Below, one piece after another: positions 47,858 to 63,326 of a stretch of 64,000 nucleotides of DNA. A program made the position numbers and the translations under genes. The stretch is from Escherichia coli (GTDB lineage Bacteria; Pseudomonadota; Gammaproteobacteria; Enterobacterales; Enterobacteriaceae). Each line of letters begins with the position of its first letter. The first letter of the stretch is position 1. The DNA lies in NCBI RefSeq assembly GCF_044324785.1, contig NZ_CP172127.1, one strand, 5' to 3'. Below the pieces are notes generated by a model that saw nothing but the letters and a program-made list of their open reading frames with translations, was not told where the DNA came from and ran no database searches.

Positions 47858-49215
47858 TGAAAAGATTATCTATAACCGTCCGTTTAACCTTGCTTTTTAT
47901 ATTGCTGCTGTCTGTTGCTGGCGCTGGAATTGTCTGGACTCTCTATAATGGCCTGGCAAGTGAGTTGAAATGGCGCGATGATACAACACTCATTAACCGG
48001 ACAGCGCAGATCAAGCAGTTGTTAATTGATGGGGTAAATCCAGATACGTTACCTGTGTACTTTAACCGGATGATGGATGTTAGTCAGGATATCTTGATCA
48101 TTCATGGTGATGGCATCAATAAAATTGTTAACCGGACGAATGTCAGTGATGACATGTTAAATAACATACCTGCTACTGAGACAATCAGCGCAGCTGGCAT
48201 TTACAGAAGCATTATTAATGACACTGAGATAGATGCTTTACGAATTAATATTGATGAAGTTTCGCCATCATTAACGGTTACTGTGGCTAAATTGGCTTCA
48301 GCCAGACATAACATGCTTGAACAGTATAAAATTAATAGCATTATAATTTGCATTGTCGCCATTATACTGTGCTCAGTATTAAGTCCGTTGTTAATCAGAA
48401 CGGGGTTACGAGAGATCAAAAAGTTGAGTGGTGTAACGGAAGCGCTGAATTATAACGATAGCCGAGAGCCTGTTGAGGTTAGCGCATTACCGAGAGAACT
48501 AAAACCTCTTGGGCAGGCGTTGAATAAAATGCACCAAGCCTTAGTCAAAGATTTTGAACGCCTAAGTCAATTTGCTGACGATCTCGCTCATGAACTTAGA
48601 ACGCCAATTAATGCATTACTGGGTCAGAATCAGGTTACGCTCAGTCAAACCAGAAGTATCGCTGAATATCAAAAAACAATTGCCGGAAACATTGAAGAGC
48701 TGGAAAATATTTCGCGGTTAACAGAGAACATACTGTTTCTTGCCAGGGCAGATAAAAACAATGTTTTGGTGAAACTGGATTCGCTTTCTCTCAATAAGGA
48801 AGTCGAAAATTTGTTGGACTATCTTGAATACCTTTCAGACGAGAAAGAGATTTGCTTTAAGGTCGAGTGCAATCAGCAAATCTTTGCGGATAAAATTTTA
48901 CTGCAACGAATGTTATCGAATCTTATTGTTAACGCTATTCGATATTCACCAGAAAAATCGCGCATTCAGATAACCAGTTTTCTTGATGCCAACGGCTCTC
49001 TTAATATTGATATCGCCAGCCCTGGAACGATAATTAATGAGCCTGAAAAACTCTTCCGTAGATTTTGGCGGGGAGATAATTCGCGTCATTCCGTAGGTCA
49101 GGGACTTGGTCTTTCTTTAGTCAAAGCGATTGCCGAATTGCATGGGGGAAGTGCTACGTATCACTATCTCAATAAGCATAACGTGTTCCGAATTACGTTA
49201 CCGCAAAGAAATTAA
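47857..49215 (+). CDS. hprS: sensor histidine kinase HprS
   Basis: two TM helices, H-box ELRTPIN, ATPase motifs; overlaps hprR stop. Confidence 0.85.
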   Translation: MKRLSITVRLTLLFILLLSVAGAGIVWTLYNGLASELKWRDDTTLINRTAQIKQLLIDGVNPDTLPVYFNRMMDVSQDILIIHGDGINKIVNRTNVSDDMLNNIPATETISAAGIYRSIINDTEIDALRINIDEVSPSLTVTVAKLASARHNMLEQYKINSIIICIVAIILCSVLSPLLIRTGLREIKKLSGVTEALNYNDSREPVEVSALPRELKPLGQALNKMHQALVKDFERLSQFADDLAHELRTPINALLGQNQVTLSQTRSIAEYQKTIAGNIEELENISRLTENILFLARADKNNVLVKLDSLSLNKEVENLLDYLEYLSDEKEICFKVECNQQIFADKILLQRMLSNLIVNAIRYSPEKSRIQITSFLDANGSLNIDIASPGTIINEPEKLFRRFWRGDNSRHSVGQGLGLSLVKAIAELHGGSATYHYLNKHNVFRITLPQRN

Positions 49216-49322
49216 TATATGTCTTCAGTACGCCTTAAATTAACCATGAAAAAACGCAGCTACGTCGTGAGTATTAACGTGGCTGCGATTGATTATGCGC
49301 TTACATTACAATGTAACAGGGA

Positions 49323-50174
49323 TTAACTCGAGTAAGCGGCCAGCATTTCCTGCGCCGCCAGTTTACCCAACGCATTCGCTGCGAAAGGACTGTCGCCGGT
49401 GAGAACTTTACGGTCCTTATGTACTCGTCCGGTGATGTCGTCATTAATGATGTTCATGCCCATTTTCTTCAGCTCTTCGCCGAAGTACCAGGTGAGATGA
49501 CCCGGCATATAGCCTATCTCTGGCGTTTGTTTGTCTGCGGCGTCTGGGAATGCGCAAATGGAATAACCATTCAGTGGGTTATCGCCGTGGCGAAGCGCCA
49601 GAAAAGCCGCCGGGCCGTGGCAAAGGGAGATAACAAAACGGTCATTTTTGATTGCCCACTGTAAAGCGGCAGCTACGTCCTGGCTTTCAGGTAAACCAAT
49701 AAGTGCGCCATGACCACCAGGAACAAAGATTGCTGCATATTCGCTGTCAGCGTTGAGGCTGGCGACAACATCCGCGAGTTTCTTCGGATTGCGGAACAAC
49801 GATTTATGCTGCTCAAAGAATGGCATTACTTTTTCATCTTTGTGCGGCATAGCCCAGTATTCAAACTTGGTCATCAGACCGGAAATGGTCGCCACTTCGA
49901 ATTCGAAACCTGCAGCATGGAGATGATACAACGGCAGCAACGTTTCAATCGGATGGTTACCGGTCGAGAACAGTTTTCCGTTATCGGTCGGCAAATAACG
50001 TTCGTCCGCGGCGATCACCAGAATTTTATGTTTACCGCGATACGGTTTTGGATAGTCCACGCCATCAAGATCAGAGACAGGACTGGTATATTGGCTAAGC
50101 GAATATTCTGAAGGGAAGAATGCATTATCTTCAGCAATATCGACCTGCGGATTTTTACTTGTTTGAACAGTCAT
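49323..50174 (-). CDS. hchA: Hsp31 glyoxalase/chaperone HchA
   Basis: 283 aa DJ-1/PfpI family. Confidence 0.9.
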   Translation of the reverse strand: MTVQTSKNPQVDIAEDNAFFPSEYSLSQYTSPVSDLDGVDYPKPYRGKHKILVIAADERYLPTDNGKLFSTGNHPIETLLPLYHLHAAGFEFEVATISGLMTKFEYWAMPHKDEKVMPFFEQHKSLFRNPKKLADVVASLNADSEYAAIFVPGGHGALIGLPESQDVAAALQWAIKNDRFVISLCHGPAAFLALRHGDNPLNGYSICAFPDAADKQTPEIGYMPGHLTWYFGEELKKMGMNIINDDITGRVHKDRKVLTGDSPFAANALGKLAAQEMLAAYSS

Positions 50175-50765
50175 AGTGTATTCCTTATTGTTGCTTAGTT
50201 AGGGTAGTCACTATATTTGCGACTGAGCTGGTCGCTATTTTTAACCAGGCTGGAAAATTGAGTCAATATATCGAAAGCGGTAGTCGGCGGGTGTAAGTAT
50301 GTAATGATGATGCTGCACTGGTGTTGAATATTATTCACGCCAAATTTTCCTTATTGAGCTACGTCGTCGCAAGTGGCCTCAATGATTTTAGACCATTATC
50401 AAAGGTACGGGGCGGCGGGGAGAGATTTAGTTATGTGGAATATTATGGTACTGATGAATATTTATATCCCGGATTGGCAGAGAAAAAGCTTTTTTCATGC
50501 ACTATTTTTGCAAATATTTCTATATGGGAGGCGGTTTTGTTGCGGATTAATTCATAAAGAAATGCATTTGGGTGTTGGCTGGAAGAGACGCTAGTAGATT
50601 TTATTGAGCCAGGAGGGGCGGGGTAATGTGCTGTATCGATATGCTTTGGCAATTGCGTGTGCCGCAGATGGAGATGAAATGCCAATAAAAAAGCCTGAGT
50701 TCGATGAGGGACGAACTCAGGCTATTGTTATGTTTTACAGTAACACGCCGCAGCGCGTTGGCTGA

Positions 50766-51881
50766 TTAGAACTGGTAGACGATACCAACTGCAAACTGGT
50801 CATCAGCTGCTGCGCCAGTAATGGCGGCGTCATCTTTATCCAGCATGTTGAATTTGTATGCAGTATAAACGTTCATGTTCTTATTGAAGTAGTACCAGGT
50901 ACCAACTTCAATGTAGTTCACACGGTCAGCGTCAACATATCTATGTCCAGGTACACCTTTGATATCTTTACCTTTAGAATACACATAACCTAAGGACGGA
51001 CGCAGACCAAAGTCGAATTGATACTGAACAACCGCTTCAAAGTTCTGGGTTTCATTGATAAGTTGATCACGCATTATTGTATTGCCTTCTCGATCGGCAA
51101 CACCTGTATCAATAGAACCCGGAGTCATATTACGAGTTTCACCGTACATTACAGCTGCGTAGACATTGTTCGCGTCATACTTTGCAGCCAATGACCACAG
51201 TTCAGCATTTGAACCGTTTCCATCGGCAACTTGATCGTTGGTGCGATCAGATTTGCTATATGCACCAACGATACCAAAACCATTGATGTTATAGTCTACA
51301 GACAACGCATAGCCGTCACCATTTTGTTTCTTAGTGCTACGGTTGCTGTTTTTGCCTTGGTACTGAATCGCAAAATCAAGACCATCAACCAGGCCAAAGA
51401 AATCATAGTTACGGTAGGTTGCAACACCGTTGGTACGACCATTCATGAAGTTGTCAGCGGAAGCCCAGGAATCGCCACCCCATTCAACTAACATATCGGT
51501 ATAAGCTGCGGCATCATAAGCAACACCGTAGTTACGGCCATAGTCAAATGATCCTAACTCGTTATATTTCAAACCGGCGAAGGTTAAACGGGTTTTTTCC
51601 TGGTTTTCACCTTCAGGTTTGCTGGCGTCGAGGTTGTATTCAAACTGACCGAAACCAGTCAGTTCGCTGGTGATTTGGGTTTCACCTTTAACACCGAAAC
51701 GAGCATAGGAGGTATCTTCGTTTTCGCTGTTATTATCATCAGTATTTGACCAGATGCGTTCGCCAACCATCTTGCCGTAGAAATCAACTTTATTGCCATC
51801 TTTATTATAAATTTCAGCCGCATTTGCTGCGCCAGCAACTAATAACGCCGGGACCAGCATTGCCAGAACTTTTCTTTTCAT
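50766..51881 (-). CDS. yedS: OmpC-family outer membrane porin (yedS-like, apparently intact)
   Basis: signal peptide [22 protein letters not shown]-terminal VGIVYQF; uninterrupted ORF. Confidence 0.75.
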   Translation of the reverse strand: MKRKVLAMLVPALLVAGAANAAEIYNKDGNKVDFYGKMVGERIWSNTDDNNSENEDTSYARFGVKGETQITSELTGFGQFEYNLDASKPEGENQEKTRLTFAGLKYNELGSFDYGRNYGVAYDAAAYTDMLVEWGGDSWASADNFMNGRTNGVATYRNYDFFGLVDGLDFAIQYQGKNSNRSTKKQNGDGYALSVDYNINGFGIVGAYSKSDRTNDQVADGNGSNAELWSLAAKYDANNVYAAVMYGETRNMTPGSIDTGVADREGNTIMRDQLINETQNFEAVVQYQFDFGLRPSLGYVYSKGKDIKGVPGHRYVDADRVNYIEVGTWYYFNKNMNVYTAYKFNMLDKDDAAITGAAADDQFAVGIVYQF

Positions 51882-52447
51882 TATGTATTCCCTTGTGATT
51901 ATAATCTTCATGAATATATCAATAAGTGCCGTTATCCAAAAAAAAGCACATTTGGATACTATTCTATGAAGTTCATTTTATTTTAAGGATTACATGTAAC
52001 AAATGTATTTAAAAGATTTCAAAATGTTTCTAATCTATTTAATATAATTCAGAATTATGAATTCTAGATATAAATATTCATGATAATTATGAATATATAT
52101 CAATATGTTATGAGTTGATTGGAAAGATAGGAAGTATCAATGATTGCGGCGCTAAACGGCTGATGTGATCACGCGCACATTAATGAAGGCATAAAAAAAA
52201 GCCGGCATCATGCCGGCCCAAAAAATATAAACAAGACGATAAAAGGCTAATAACGGGGTTATCATGACACAGAAATCAAAAAAGGTATAATTGAATTCGC
52301 TGCTAATATATTGTTTAGGTGAATTAATAAAACCATTACCATAGATAATAATAAATCTTCATTGCTGTTTTTCCGGTAATTATTGCCGTTGCGCAAAAAT
52401 TATCTATTTGTTCAAAAAATGATTGAGTCTTGACTGGCTCATCCAAT

Positions 52448-52813
52448 GTGGAAAAATGTGACTTTTATCACATAATAGTACTAAGTCTGAATTTTCCGGG
52501 TTATCTCAAAATGGAATACGGTTCGACAAAGATGGAAGAGAGACTCTCTCGCAGCCCTGGCGGCAAATTGGCTTTGTGGGCTTTCTATACATGGTGTGGC
52601 TATTTTGTCTGGGCAATGGCGCGTTACATCTGGGTGATGAGCCGGATCCCCGAAGCCCCCGTGTCGGGATTTGAAAGCGATTTAGGCTCTACCGCGGGAA
52701 AGTGGTTAGGGGCACTGGTCGGCTTTTTATTTATGGCACTGGTCGGGGCATTGTTAGGCAGCATTGCCTGGTACACCCGACCTCGTCCCGCACGTAGCAG
52801 ACGCTATGAATAA
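52448..52813 (+). CDS. yedR: inner membrane protein YedR
   Basis: small two-TM protein; GTG start assumed (121 aa). Confidence 0.6.
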   Translation: MEKCDFYHIIVLSLNFPGYLKMEYGSTKMEERLSRSPGGKLALWAFYTWCGYFVWAMARYIWVMSRIPEAPVSGFESDLGSTAGKWLGALVGFLFMALVGALLGSIAWYTRPRPARSRRYE

Positions 52814-52852
52814 AAACTGCTAAGGTTGCGACTCTTTGGCAACGGAGCGCGT

Positions 52853-53548
52853 ATGGACGTACAACACTGGCAGGCACAGTTCGAAAACTGGTTGAAAAAC
52901 CATCATCAGCACCAGGACGCGGCCCATGACGTATGTCATTTTCGCCGTGTCTGGGCTACGGCACAGAAGCTGGCGGCAGATGACGATGTCGATATGCTGG
53001 TGATTTTAACCGCCTGTTATTTTCACGATATTGTGATCCTGGCGAAAAATCATCCACAACGGCAGCGTTCTTCAATCCTGGCGGCAGAAGAAACGCGTCG
53101 CCTGCTCCGTGAAGAGTTCGTGCAATTTCCGGCGGAGAAAATTGAGGCCGTTTGTCATGCCATTGCCGCGCACAGTTTCAGCGCGCAAATCGCCCCCTTA
53201 ACAACGGAAGCTAAAATCGTCCAGGATGCGGATCGGCTGGAAGCCCTGGGGGCGATTGGCCTGGCGCGCGTGTTTGCCGTTTCAGGGGCATTGGGCGTGG
53301 CGCTGTTTGATGGCGAAGATCCGTTCGCACAGCATCGCCCGCTGGATGATAAACGCTACGCGCTGGATCATTTCCAGACTAAGTTGCTGAAGCTACCGCA
53401 AACCATGCAAACCGCAAGAGGCAAGCAGCTGGCGCAGCACAACGCGCAATTTTTAGTCGAGTTTATGGCGAAGCTCAGTGCCGAACTGGCGGGGGAGAAT
53501 GAAGGTGTCGATCACAAGGTGATAGATACGTTTTCACCCGTGGGCTGA
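52853..53548 (+). CDS. yedJ: HD-domain phosphohydrolase YedJ
   Basis: HD motif; ATG with GGAG RBS. Confidence 0.75.
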   Translation: MDVQHWQAQFENWLKNHHQHQDAAHDVCHFRRVWATAQKLAADDDVDMLVILTACYFHDIVILAKNHPQRQRSSILAAEETRRLLREEFVQFPAEKIEAVCHAIAAHSFSAQIAPLTTEAKIVQDADRLEALGAIGLARVFAVSGALGVALFDGEDPFAQHRPLDDKRYALDHFQTKLLKLPQTMQTARGKQLAQHNAQFLVEFMAKLSAELAGENEGVDHKVIDTFSPVG

Positions 53549-53614
53549 GCGCGTGGCCCTAAATGGCTGTAATTATGTTAACCTGTCGGCCATCTCAGAT
53601 GGCCGGTTAAATCT

Positions 53615-55033
53615 ATGCAGGAAAATATATCAGTAACCGATTCATACAGCACCGGGAATGCCGCACAGGCAATGCTGGAGAAACTGCTGCAAATTTATGA
53701 TGTTAAAACGCTGGTGGCGCAGCTTAATGGTGTGGGTGAGAATCACTGGAGCGCGGCAATTTTAAAACGTGCGCTGGCGAATGACTCGGCATGGCACCGT
53801 TTAAGTGAGAAAGAGTTCGCCCATCTGCAAACGTTGTTACCCAAACCACCGGCACATCATCCGCATTATGCGTTTCGCTTTATCGATCTATTTGCCGGAA
53901 TTGGCGGCATCCGTCGCGGTTTTGAATCGATTGGCGGACAGTGCGTCTTTACCAGCGAATGGAACAAACATGCGGTTCGCACTTATAAAGCCAACCATTA
54001 TTGCGATCCGGCGACGCATCATTTTAATGAAGATATCCGCGACATCACCCTCAGCCATAAAGACGGCGTGAGTGATGAGTCGGCGGCAGAACATATTCGT
54101 CAACACATTCCTGAACACGATGTATTACTGGCCGGTTTTCCTTGTCAGCCATTTTCGCTGGCTGGCGTATCGAAAAAGAACTCGCTCGGGCGGGCGCACG
54201 GTTTTGCCTGCGATACCCAGGGCACGCTGTTCTTTGATGTGGTGCGCATTATCGACGCGCGTCGTCCGGCGATGTTTGTGCTCGAAAACGTCAAAAACCT
54301 GAAAAGTCACGATAAAGGAAAAACGTTCCGCATCATCATGCAGACGCTGGACGAACTGGGCTATGACGTGGCTGATGCAGAAGATAACGGGCCAGACGAT
54401 CCGAAAATCATCGACGGCAAACATTTTCTGCCGCAGCACCGTGAACGCATCGTGCTGGTGGGTTTTCGTCGCGATCTGAATCTGAAAGCCGATTTTACCC
54501 TGCGTGATATCAGCGAATGTTTTCCTGCGCAGCGAGTGACGCTGGCCCAGCTGCTGGACCCGATGGTCGAGGCGAAATATATCCTGACGCCGGTGCTGTG
54601 GAAGTACCTCTATCGATATGCGAAAAAACATCAGGCGCGCGGTAACGGCTTCGGTTATGGAATGGTTTATCCGAACAATCCGCAAAGCGTCACGCGTACG
54701 TTGTCTGCGCGTTATTACAAAGATGGCGCAGAAATTTTAATCGATCGCGGCTGGGATATGGCAACGGGTGAGAAAGACTTTGACGATCCGCTGAATCAGC
54801 AACATCGCCCACGTCGGTTAACGCCTCGGGAATGCGCGCGTTTAATGGGGTTTGAAGCGCCGGGAGAAGCGAAATTCCGCATTCCGGTTTCGGACACTCA
54901 GGCCTATCGCCAGTTCGGTAACTCGGTGGTCGTACCGGTCTTTGCCGCGGTGGCAAAACTGCTTGAGCCAAAAATCAAACAGGCGGTGGCGTTGCGTCAG
55001 CAAGAGGCACAACATGGCCGACGTTCACGATAA
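53615..55033 (+). CDS. dcm: DNA-cytosine methyltransferase Dcm
   Basis: 472 aa; FAGIGG and PCQ motifs. Confidence 0.9.
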   Translation: MQENISVTDSYSTGNAAQAMLEKLLQIYDVKTLVAQLNGVGENHWSAAILKRALANDSAWHRLSEKEFAHLQTLLPKPPAHHPHYAFRFIDLFAGIGGIRRGFESIGGQCVFTSEWNKHAVRTYKANHYCDPATHHFNEDIRDITLSHKDGVSDESAAEHIRQHIPEHDVLLAGFPCQPFSLAGVSKKNSLGRAHGFACDTQGTLFFDVVRIIDARRPAMFVLENVKNLKSHDKGKTFRIIMQTLDELGYDVADAEDNGPDDPKIIDGKHFLPQHRERIVLVGFRRDLNLKADFTLRDISECFPAQRVTLAQLLDPMVEAKYILTPVLWKYLYRYAKKHQARGNGFGYGMVYPNNPQSVTRTLSARYYKDGAEILIDRGWDMATGEKDFDDPLNQQHRPRRLTPRECARLMGFEAPGEAKFRIPVSDTQAYRQFGNSVVVPVFAAVAKLLEPKIKQAVALRQQEAQHGRRSR

Positions 55034-55484
55034 GGCCACACGCAGCAAAAATATGCGCGCGATTGCCACGCGTGATACGGCGATTGAGAAGCGCCTCGCC
55101 AGTTTGTTAACCGGGCAGGGACTGGCGTTTCGCGTTCAGGACGCGGATCTCCCCGGACGCCCGGATTTTGTCGTTGATGAATATCGCTGCGTGATATTTA
55201 CCCACGGCTGCTTCTGGCACCATCATCACTGCTATCTGTTTAAAGTGCCTGCGACTCGAACCGGGTTCTGGCTGGAGAAGATAGGTAAAAATGTTGAGCG
55301 CGATCGCCGCGATATCAGTCGCTTGCAGGAACTCGGCTGGCGCGTATTGATTGTCTGGGAGTGTGCGTTACGTGGGCGCGAGAAGCTGACGGATGAAGCG
55401 CTTAGCGAGCGTCTGGAAGAGTGGATCTGCGGCGAAGGAGCCAGCGCGCAGATCGACACGCAGGGGATTCATTTACTCGCTTGA
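55014..55484 (+). CDS. vsr: very-short-patch repair endonuclease Vsr
   Basis: [28 protein letters not shown]; starts inside the 3' end of dcm in another frame. Confidence 0.9.
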   Translation: MADVHDKATRSKNMRAIATRDTAIEKRLASLLTGQGLAFRVQDADLPGRPDFVVDEYRCVIFTHGCFWHHHHCYLFKVPATRTGFWLEKIGKNVERDRRDISRLQELGWRVLIVWECALRGREKLTDEALSERLEEWICGEGASAQIDTQGIHLLA

Positions 55485-56393
55485 TGCGTCCTGAATAACG
55501 GGCGCAACTACGGGTTTGGCCGGGAAGAGATATTTTCCCAACGTGACCAGTACCACCGCGAAGACAATCACGCCGAGCGCCAGCCATTCAATCTTCGACA
55601 GCGTCTCTCCGCCCAGTCCCGTACCCAGCAAGACCGCGACCACAGGGTTAACGTAGGCGTAGCTGGTGGCGAGAGCCGGACTGACGTTGCGGATTAAATA
55701 CATATAAGCGTTAATGGCGATAATCGAACCAAACAGCGCCAGATAGCCGACCGCAAGGAAGCCTGAAAGGGAAGGGAGCGCCGTCAGTTTTTCACCCGCA
55801 ATCATCGACGCGATCATTAACACCACGCCTGCCGCAAGCATCTCAATCGCACCCGCCATCATCCCTACAGGTAAGGTAATGCGCGAGCCATAAACTGAGC
55901 CAAACGCCCAGCTAATCGAGCCGATTAAAATCAGAATCGCGCCCCACGGATTGCCGCTTAAATTTCCACCGCTATTGAGCATGATGATTCCGGCAAGTCC
56001 AATGGCGATACCCACCCATTCCAGTTTGCGCGTTTTAATGCCAAACAGGCGGCTGAAGCACAGGGTAAAGAGGGGCACGGTTGCAACCACTACGGCGGCG
56101 ATGCCGGAAGGAACATTTTGATGTTCGGCAACCGTTACCATGCCATTACCGACAGCCAGCAATAACAGGCCAATCAGCGCGGCATTGAGCAGCGGACGTA
56201 GCGGGGGGAGCTTGTGTCCGCGCAGTAGCAAAAATGCCAGCAATAAAATACCGGCTGCCAGGAATCGCACGCCCGCCATCATTAACGGCGGCCAGCTTTC
56301 CACGCCAATCCGAATGACAAAATAGGTTGAGCCCCAAATGATATACAACGCAAACAGCGCGCCAAAAAGCGGTAACAACTGGCGGAAACGCAT
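55473..56393 (-). CDS. yedA: EamA-family (DMT) transporter YedA
   Basis: 306-aa 10-TM protein. Confidence 0.8.
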   Translation of the reverse strand: MRFRQLLPLFGALFALYIIWGSTYFVIRIGVESWPPLMMAGVRFLAAGILLLAFLLLRGHKLPPLRPLLNAALIGLLLLAVGNGMVTVAEHQNVPSGIAAVVVATVPLFTLCFSRLFGIKTRKLEWVGIAIGLAGIIMLNSGGNLSGNPWGAILILIGSISWAFGSVYGSRITLPVGMMAGAIEMLAAGVVLMIASMIAGEKLTALPSLSGFLAVGYLALFGSIIAINAYMYLIRNVSPALATSYAYVNPVVAVLLGTGLGGETLSKIEWLALGVIVFAVVLVTLGKYLFPAKPVVAPVIQDASSE

Positions 56394-56565
56394 AATCCCT
56401 CACGGTGGAAATAAAAAGGTGGTTCATAGTAAACGTGAAAATCATTCTGCTGGCGAGAGATATAATTGCACTTGATTGTTAAAAAAATGTTGACCTGTGA
56501 AGCAAGTATCAGAGCTGCCGTTTTTGCTTCATACTTACACCCTTCAACAATAAAAATGAGAGGGA

Positions 56566-57483
56566 ATGCTTTTGGCCGGGAGTAGTTTACTGACGTTGCT
56601 CGATGATATCGCCACACTGCTGGACGATATTTCCGTGATGGGCAAACTGGCGGCGAAGAAAACCGCCGGTGTATTAGGGGATGACTTATCGCTCAATGCG
56701 CAACAAGTTTCAGGCGTGCGGGCCAACCGGGAACTTCCCGTGGTCTGGGGCGTGGCGAAAGGATCGCTGATCAATAAAGTGATTCTGGTGCCGCTGGCGC
56801 TGATCATCAGTGCGTTTATCCCGTGGGCGATTACGCCACTGTTGATGATTGGCGGCGCGTTTCTCTGCTTTGAAGGGGTAGAGAAAGTGCTGCATATGCT
56901 GGAGGCGCGTAAACATAAAGAAGATCCGGCGCAGAGTCAGCAGCGTCTGGAGAAGCTGGCGGCGCAGGATCCGCTGAAGTTTGAAAAGGACAAAATAAAA
57001 GGGGCGATTCGTACCGATTTTATATTGTCTGCGGAAATCGTCGCCATCACGCTGGGGATTGTGGCAGAAGCGCCGTTGCTTAATCAGGTGCTGGTGCTTT
57101 CAGGCATCGCGCTGGTAGTGACCGTGGGCGTCTACGGTCTGGTAGGGGTTATCGTTAAGATTGATGACCTGGGGTATTGGTTGGCGGAAAAATCCAGCGC
57201 GCTGATGCAGGCATTAGGTAAAGGGTTATTGATTATCGCGCCCTGGTTGATGAAAGCGTTATCGATTGTCGGCACGCTGGCGATGTTCCTCGTCGGCGGC
57301 GGGATTGTGGTACATGGTATTGCGCCGCTGCATCACGCCATTGAACATTTCGCCGGGCAGCAAAGTGCAGTGGTGGCGATGATATTACCGACTGTTTTAA
57401 ATCTGATTCTTGGATTTATCATCGGCGGCATCGTGGTGCTGGGAGTGAAAGCAGTAGCGAAAATGCGCGGTCAGGCACATTAA
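56566..57483 (+). CDS. yedI: inner membrane protein YedI (DUF808)
   Basis: 305 aa. Confidence 0.75.
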   Translation: MLLAGSSLLTLLDDIATLLDDISVMGKLAAKKTAGVLGDDLSLNAQQVSGVRANRELPVVWGVAKGSLINKVILVPLALIISAFIPWAITPLLMIGGAFLCFEGVEKVLHMLEARKHKEDPAQSQQRLEKLAAQDPLKFEKDKIKGAIRTDFILSAEIVAITLGIVAEAPLLNQVLVLSGIALVVTVGVYGLVGVIVKIDDLGYWLAEKSSALMQALGKGLLIIAPWLMKALSIVGTLAMFLVGGGIVVHGIAPLHHAIEHFAGQQSAVVAMILPTVLNLILGFIIGGIVVLGVKAVAKMRGQAH

Positions 57484-57561
57484 TACTCGCACTGGCTATT
57501 ATGCAAAATTCGCCATCTTCAACTAAGGTGAACAAGTTTCACTCGAAAAAAGGAGGCGAGT

Positions 57562-57744
57562 ATGAGCTTTATGGTTAGTGAGGAAGTTACGGTTAAAGAG
57601 GGCGGCCCGCGGATGATTGTCACCGGATACTCCAGCGGTATGGTTGAGTGTCGTTGGTATGACGGTTACGGGGTCAAGCGGGAAGCTTTTCATGAAACCG
57701 AGCTTGTTCCAGGGGAGGGGAGTCGTCCTGCGGAAGAAGTTTGA
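57562..57744 (+). CDS. yodC: DUF2158 small protein YodC
   Basis: 60 aa MSFMVSEEVTVKEGGPRMIVTGYSSGMVECRWYDGYGVKREAFHETELVPG. Confidence 0.8.
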   Translation: MSFMVSEEVTVKEGGPRMIVTGYSSGMVECRWYDGYGVKREAFHETELVPGEGSRPAEEV

Positions 57745-57914
57745 AAGGGTATCATTAACACCAGGCCGGATCACATCCGGCCTGGTGTGCCAATGCCTGC
57801 AATGAATGATAGTCGCGTCTTATCATGCCACCATTATAAAATTATCGCTGTTTTGCGGTACGTTATCGCCGGGTTATGCCAGAATCATAAAAAAGCAGGT
57901 TGGGAGTCGTCAGG

Positions 57915-60439
<2,525 letters not shown>

Positions 60440-60618
60440 TTACCAGGATGATTCTCAAAACAGCACAAATTATCAAAGATGATTTTTTCGGGAGCGATCC
60501 CGTTGACGCCAGAGCCACCAAGGGGTGACGCGCGTCACATTTCTATTCATAAGTAGCGTTAATCATTCATATCACGAATATTTTCTTGTCAGCGAAAAAA
60601 ATTGCGGATAAGGTGATG

Positions 60619-60705
60619 AACACATCAGATTTCCTGGTGTAACGAATTTTTTAAGTGCTTCTTGCTTAAGCAAGTTTCATCCCGACCCCCTCAGGGTCGG
60701 GATTT
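60619..60705 (+). ncRNA. dsrA: small regulatory RNA DsrA
   Basis: aacacatcagatttcctggtgtaacgaattttttaagtgcttcttgcttaagcaagtttcatcccgaccccctcagggtcgggattt matches DsrA including its terminator hairpin. Confidence 0.9.
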
Positions 60706-60718
60706 TTTTATTGTGCAT

Positions 60719-60946
60719 TCAACGATTCACTTCAGAGACGCTGAAGTCATGAATATCCAGTTCGAAGGCATCCGCCAATTCACGCCATGTATGATATTCA
60801 CGTCCATCGACGCTAACGTGTTCAGAATCGTTCTGGCTGCGATGAACTTCGCTTTCGCTAATTTCATTGATCGCCGCCAGCAGGGCATCGACATCGACGC
60901 TGACCTCACGTTTTGCGGTATCGCTGTACTCTTTTGCGGTTTTCAT
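60719..60946 (-). CDS. yodD: small protein YodD
   Basis: 75 aa from MKTAKEYSDTAKREVSVD. Confidence 0.7.
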   Translation of the reverse strand: MKTAKEYSDTAKREVSVDVDALLAAINEISESEVHRSQNDSEHVSVDGREYHTWRELADAFELDIHDFSVSEVNR

Positions 60947-61018
60947 CATCTTTCCTCGCAACCGTTACTCTGTTGTTGCCGCCAGTCGTTAAGTCCGCCT
61001 GGCATCTCTTAAGTATAG

Positions 61019-61297
<279 letters not shown>

Positions 61298-61340
61298 TCT
61301 AATTCAGCCTGACTGGTGGGAAACCACCAGTCAGAATGTG

Positions 61341-61964
61341 TTAGCGCATGTTGACAAAAATACCATTAGTCACATTATCCGTCAGTCGGACGACATGGTA
61401 GATAACCTGTTTATTATGCGTTTTGATCTTACGTTTAATATTACCTTTATGCGATGAAACGGTCTTGGCTTTGATATTCATTTGGTCGGAGATTTGAATG
61501 GTACCCTGACCTGCCATCCACATTCGCAACATACTCGATTCGGTTCGGCTCAATGATAACGTCGGCATATTTAAAAACGAGGTTATCGTTGTCTCTTTTT
61601 TCAGAATATCGCCAAGGATATCGTCGAGAGATTCCGGTTTAATCGATTTAGAACTGATCAATAAATTTTTTCTGACCAATAGATATTCATCAAAATGAAC
61701 ATTGGCTATTGCCATAAAAACGATAAATAACGTATTGGGATGTTGATTAATGATGAGCTTGATACGCTGACTGTTAGAAGCATCGTGGATGAAACAGTCC
61801 TCATTAATAAACACCACTGAAGGGCGCTGTGAATCACAAGCTATGGCAAGGTCATCAACGGTTTCAATGTCGTTGATTTCTCTTTTTTTAACCCCTCTAC
61901 TCAACAGATACCCGGTTAAACCTAGTCGGGTGTAACTACATAAATCCATAATAATCGTTGACAT
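61341..61964 (-). CDS. rcsA: capsule synthesis regulator RcsA (LuxR-type)
   Basis: 207 aa with C-terminal LuxR HTH. Confidence 0.9.
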
Positions 61965-62253
61965 GGCATACCCTCACTCAATGCGTAACGATAATTCCCC
62001 TTACCTGAATATTTCATCATGACTAAACGGAACAACATGGGTCACCTAATGCGCCACTCTCGCGATTTTTCAGGCGGACTTACTATCCCGTAAAGTGTTG
62101 TATAATTTGCCTGGAATTGTCTTAAAGTAAAGTAAATGTTGCGATATGTGAGTGAGCTTAAAACAAATATTTCGCCGCAGGAGTATCCTGGAAGATGTTC
62201 GTAGGTATTATTTTTCGGATAATCCTTAGGATAACATGATAAACGTTACGGAA

Positions 62254-63039
62254 TTATATTAATGGCAATTCACTAATAATATCAGCCAGCAAATTAAACA
62301 TCTCACTGAATAAATGTTCGCAAAAAGGCGCAATTAACGGCATTAATGCCGCCATTAAAGAGATACCGACAGTCAGAGTTAATGGAAATCCAATAACAAA
62401 AATGGATAATTGCGGAGCCATACGATTAAGTAAACCTAATGCCAGATTCAGGGTCAGCAGCAGAGTAATGAGCGGTAACGCCAGCATCAGCCCGTTAAGG
62501 AAAATCAAACTCCCTGCTTTGGTGAGTGCCAGAAACGCATTGCTGTTCAACGGTTCGCCACCAATTGGCAGGGTGTGAAAGGTATCGACCAGCAGTGAAA
62601 TCAACCATAAATGACCGTTAAATGTCAGGAACAGCAGTAACGCCAGCATATCCATGATACGCGCTAAAACGGGCATATTGAGATGGCTGGCCGGATCGAC
62701 AAACGTCGCAAATGACAGCCCCATTTGCAGACCGATAATTTCACCAGCGGTTCGCACAGCGGCAAAGGCAAATTGCATGGTAAAACCAAGCGCAATGCCG
62801 ATCAGGATCTGCTGCACGGCCAGCCACAGAGCAAAGAACGAAAAAACAGGAACATCGTTGGCAGGTAATGATGGGGCAATAGCGAACGTGATCATCATTG
62901 CCAGACCCAGTTTTACCCGTTTCGGCACGCTGCGTTCGCTCAGAATTGGCGCGGTAGAAATGAGCGCCAGCACGCGCAGTAACGGCCAGAAGTACAGACT
63001 TAGCCAGGAAAGCCATTGATCGCTTGTCACCTGCAACAT
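62254..63039 (-). CDS. fliR: flagellar export apparatus protein FliR
   Basis: 261-aa polytopic membrane protein. Confidence 0.9.
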   Translation of the reverse strand: MLQVTSDQWLSWLSLYFWPLLRVLALISTAPILSERSVPKRVKLGLAMMITFAIAPSLPANDVPVFSFFALWLAVQQILIGIALGFTMQFAFAAVRTAGEIIGLQMGLSFATFVDPASHLNMPVLARIMDMLALLLFLTFNGHLWLISLLVDTFHTLPIGGEPLNSNAFLALTKAGSLIFLNGLMLALPLITLLLTLNLALGLLNRMAPQLSIFVIGFPLTLTVGISLMAALMPLIAPFCEHLFSEMFNLLADIISELPLI

Positions 63040-63047
63040 TGTACGGG

Positions 63048-63317
63048 CTACCCGATGATATACGGCAGGTTAGTGAACAAGGTGCGGACGTAATCCAGCA
63101 ACAGATTGAGCATCCACGGTCCGGCAATAATAATGGCGATAAATACGGCGATGATTTTCGGAATAAACGACAGCGTCATTTCGTTGATCTGCGTGGCGGC
63201 CTGCAAAATACTGATGATAAGGCCCGTGACCAGCGCCACCAGCAACAGTGGGGCAGCCAGTGCCAGCGCGACTTTCATCGCTTCAGTCCCCATCATCATG
63301 ACCGATTCAGGTGTCAT
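63048..63317 (-). CDS. fliQ: flagellar export apparatus protein FliQ
   Basis: 89 aa. Confidence 0.9.
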   Translation of the reverse strand: MTPESVMMMGTEAMKVALALAAPLLLVALVTGLIISILQAATQINEMTLSFIPKIIAVFIAIIIAGPWMLNLLLDYVRTLFTNLPYIIG

Positions 63318-63326
63318 TTTGCCTCT

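Noticed and set aside
54125-54971. Minus-strand ORFs of 186 and 93 aa
   Set aside because: They are antisense to dcm, whose identity is secure from its methyltransferase motifs.
60681-60707. Hairpin plus T-run first considered as a terminator for yodD
   Set aside because: It is on the plus strand and is the terminator stem of the DsrA sRNA (60619..60705); yodD is on the minus strand.
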